From: a virus
Taxonomy: Duplodnaviria > Caudoviricetes
IMG/VR virus record: IMGVR_UViG_3300034411_000581
Span: 1 to 25,070 of that record
Reading direction: 5' to 3' (one strand)
Length of the DNA: 25,070 bases
Shown: piece by piece, positions 25,055-25,070 of the stretch
Layout of the letters: each line of letters starts with the position of its first letter
Position numbering within the stretch: the stretch's first letter is position 1
Program-made: the position numbers and the translations under genes
The notes under the pieces: generated by a model
What the model was told of the DNA's origin: nothing
The model's database searches: none
Seen by the model: only the letters and a program-made list of their open reading frames with translations

Positions 25055-25070
25055 ACATGATATTCAAAAG

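Noticed and set aside
1-25070. tRNA, CRISPR array, integrase/att site, transposon or DGR repeats
   Set aside because: Intergenic gaps are under about 80 nt and contain only simple hairpins; no spaced direct repeats, mobility genes or reverse transcriptase were seen.

Overview
The window is a gene-dense, entirely plus-strand virion morphogenesis and lysis block of a tailed dsDNA phage. It is most likely a short-tailed phage of a Bacteroidota/Flavobacteriia host: starts lack Shine-Dalgarno motifs, leaders are A/T-rich, and gene order resembles crAss-like phages. The order is 5'-truncated portal, acidic scaffold-like protein, major capsid protein, a hypothetical protein flanked by hairpins, two tail ring/adaptor-like proteins, and a 1429-aa tail stabilization (muzzle-like) protein. 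Three probable ejection proteins follow. The largest (2659 aa) looks polyvalent, with an HExxH zincin, a sigma-70 region-2-like segment, an unknown AT-rich module and a zeta-toxin-like P-loop kinase, separated by recurring [YF]-S-[KIL] linkers. Next come an M15 peptidase endolysin, a tightly coupled trio (single-TM coiled-coil protein, exported thioredoxin fold lacking CxxC, probable outer-membrane beta-barrel), four Lys-rich proteins sharing an SP-x-K motif (one missing from the ORF track), and a bidirectional terminator. All family calls come from reading motifs and gene order by eye; no searches were run.
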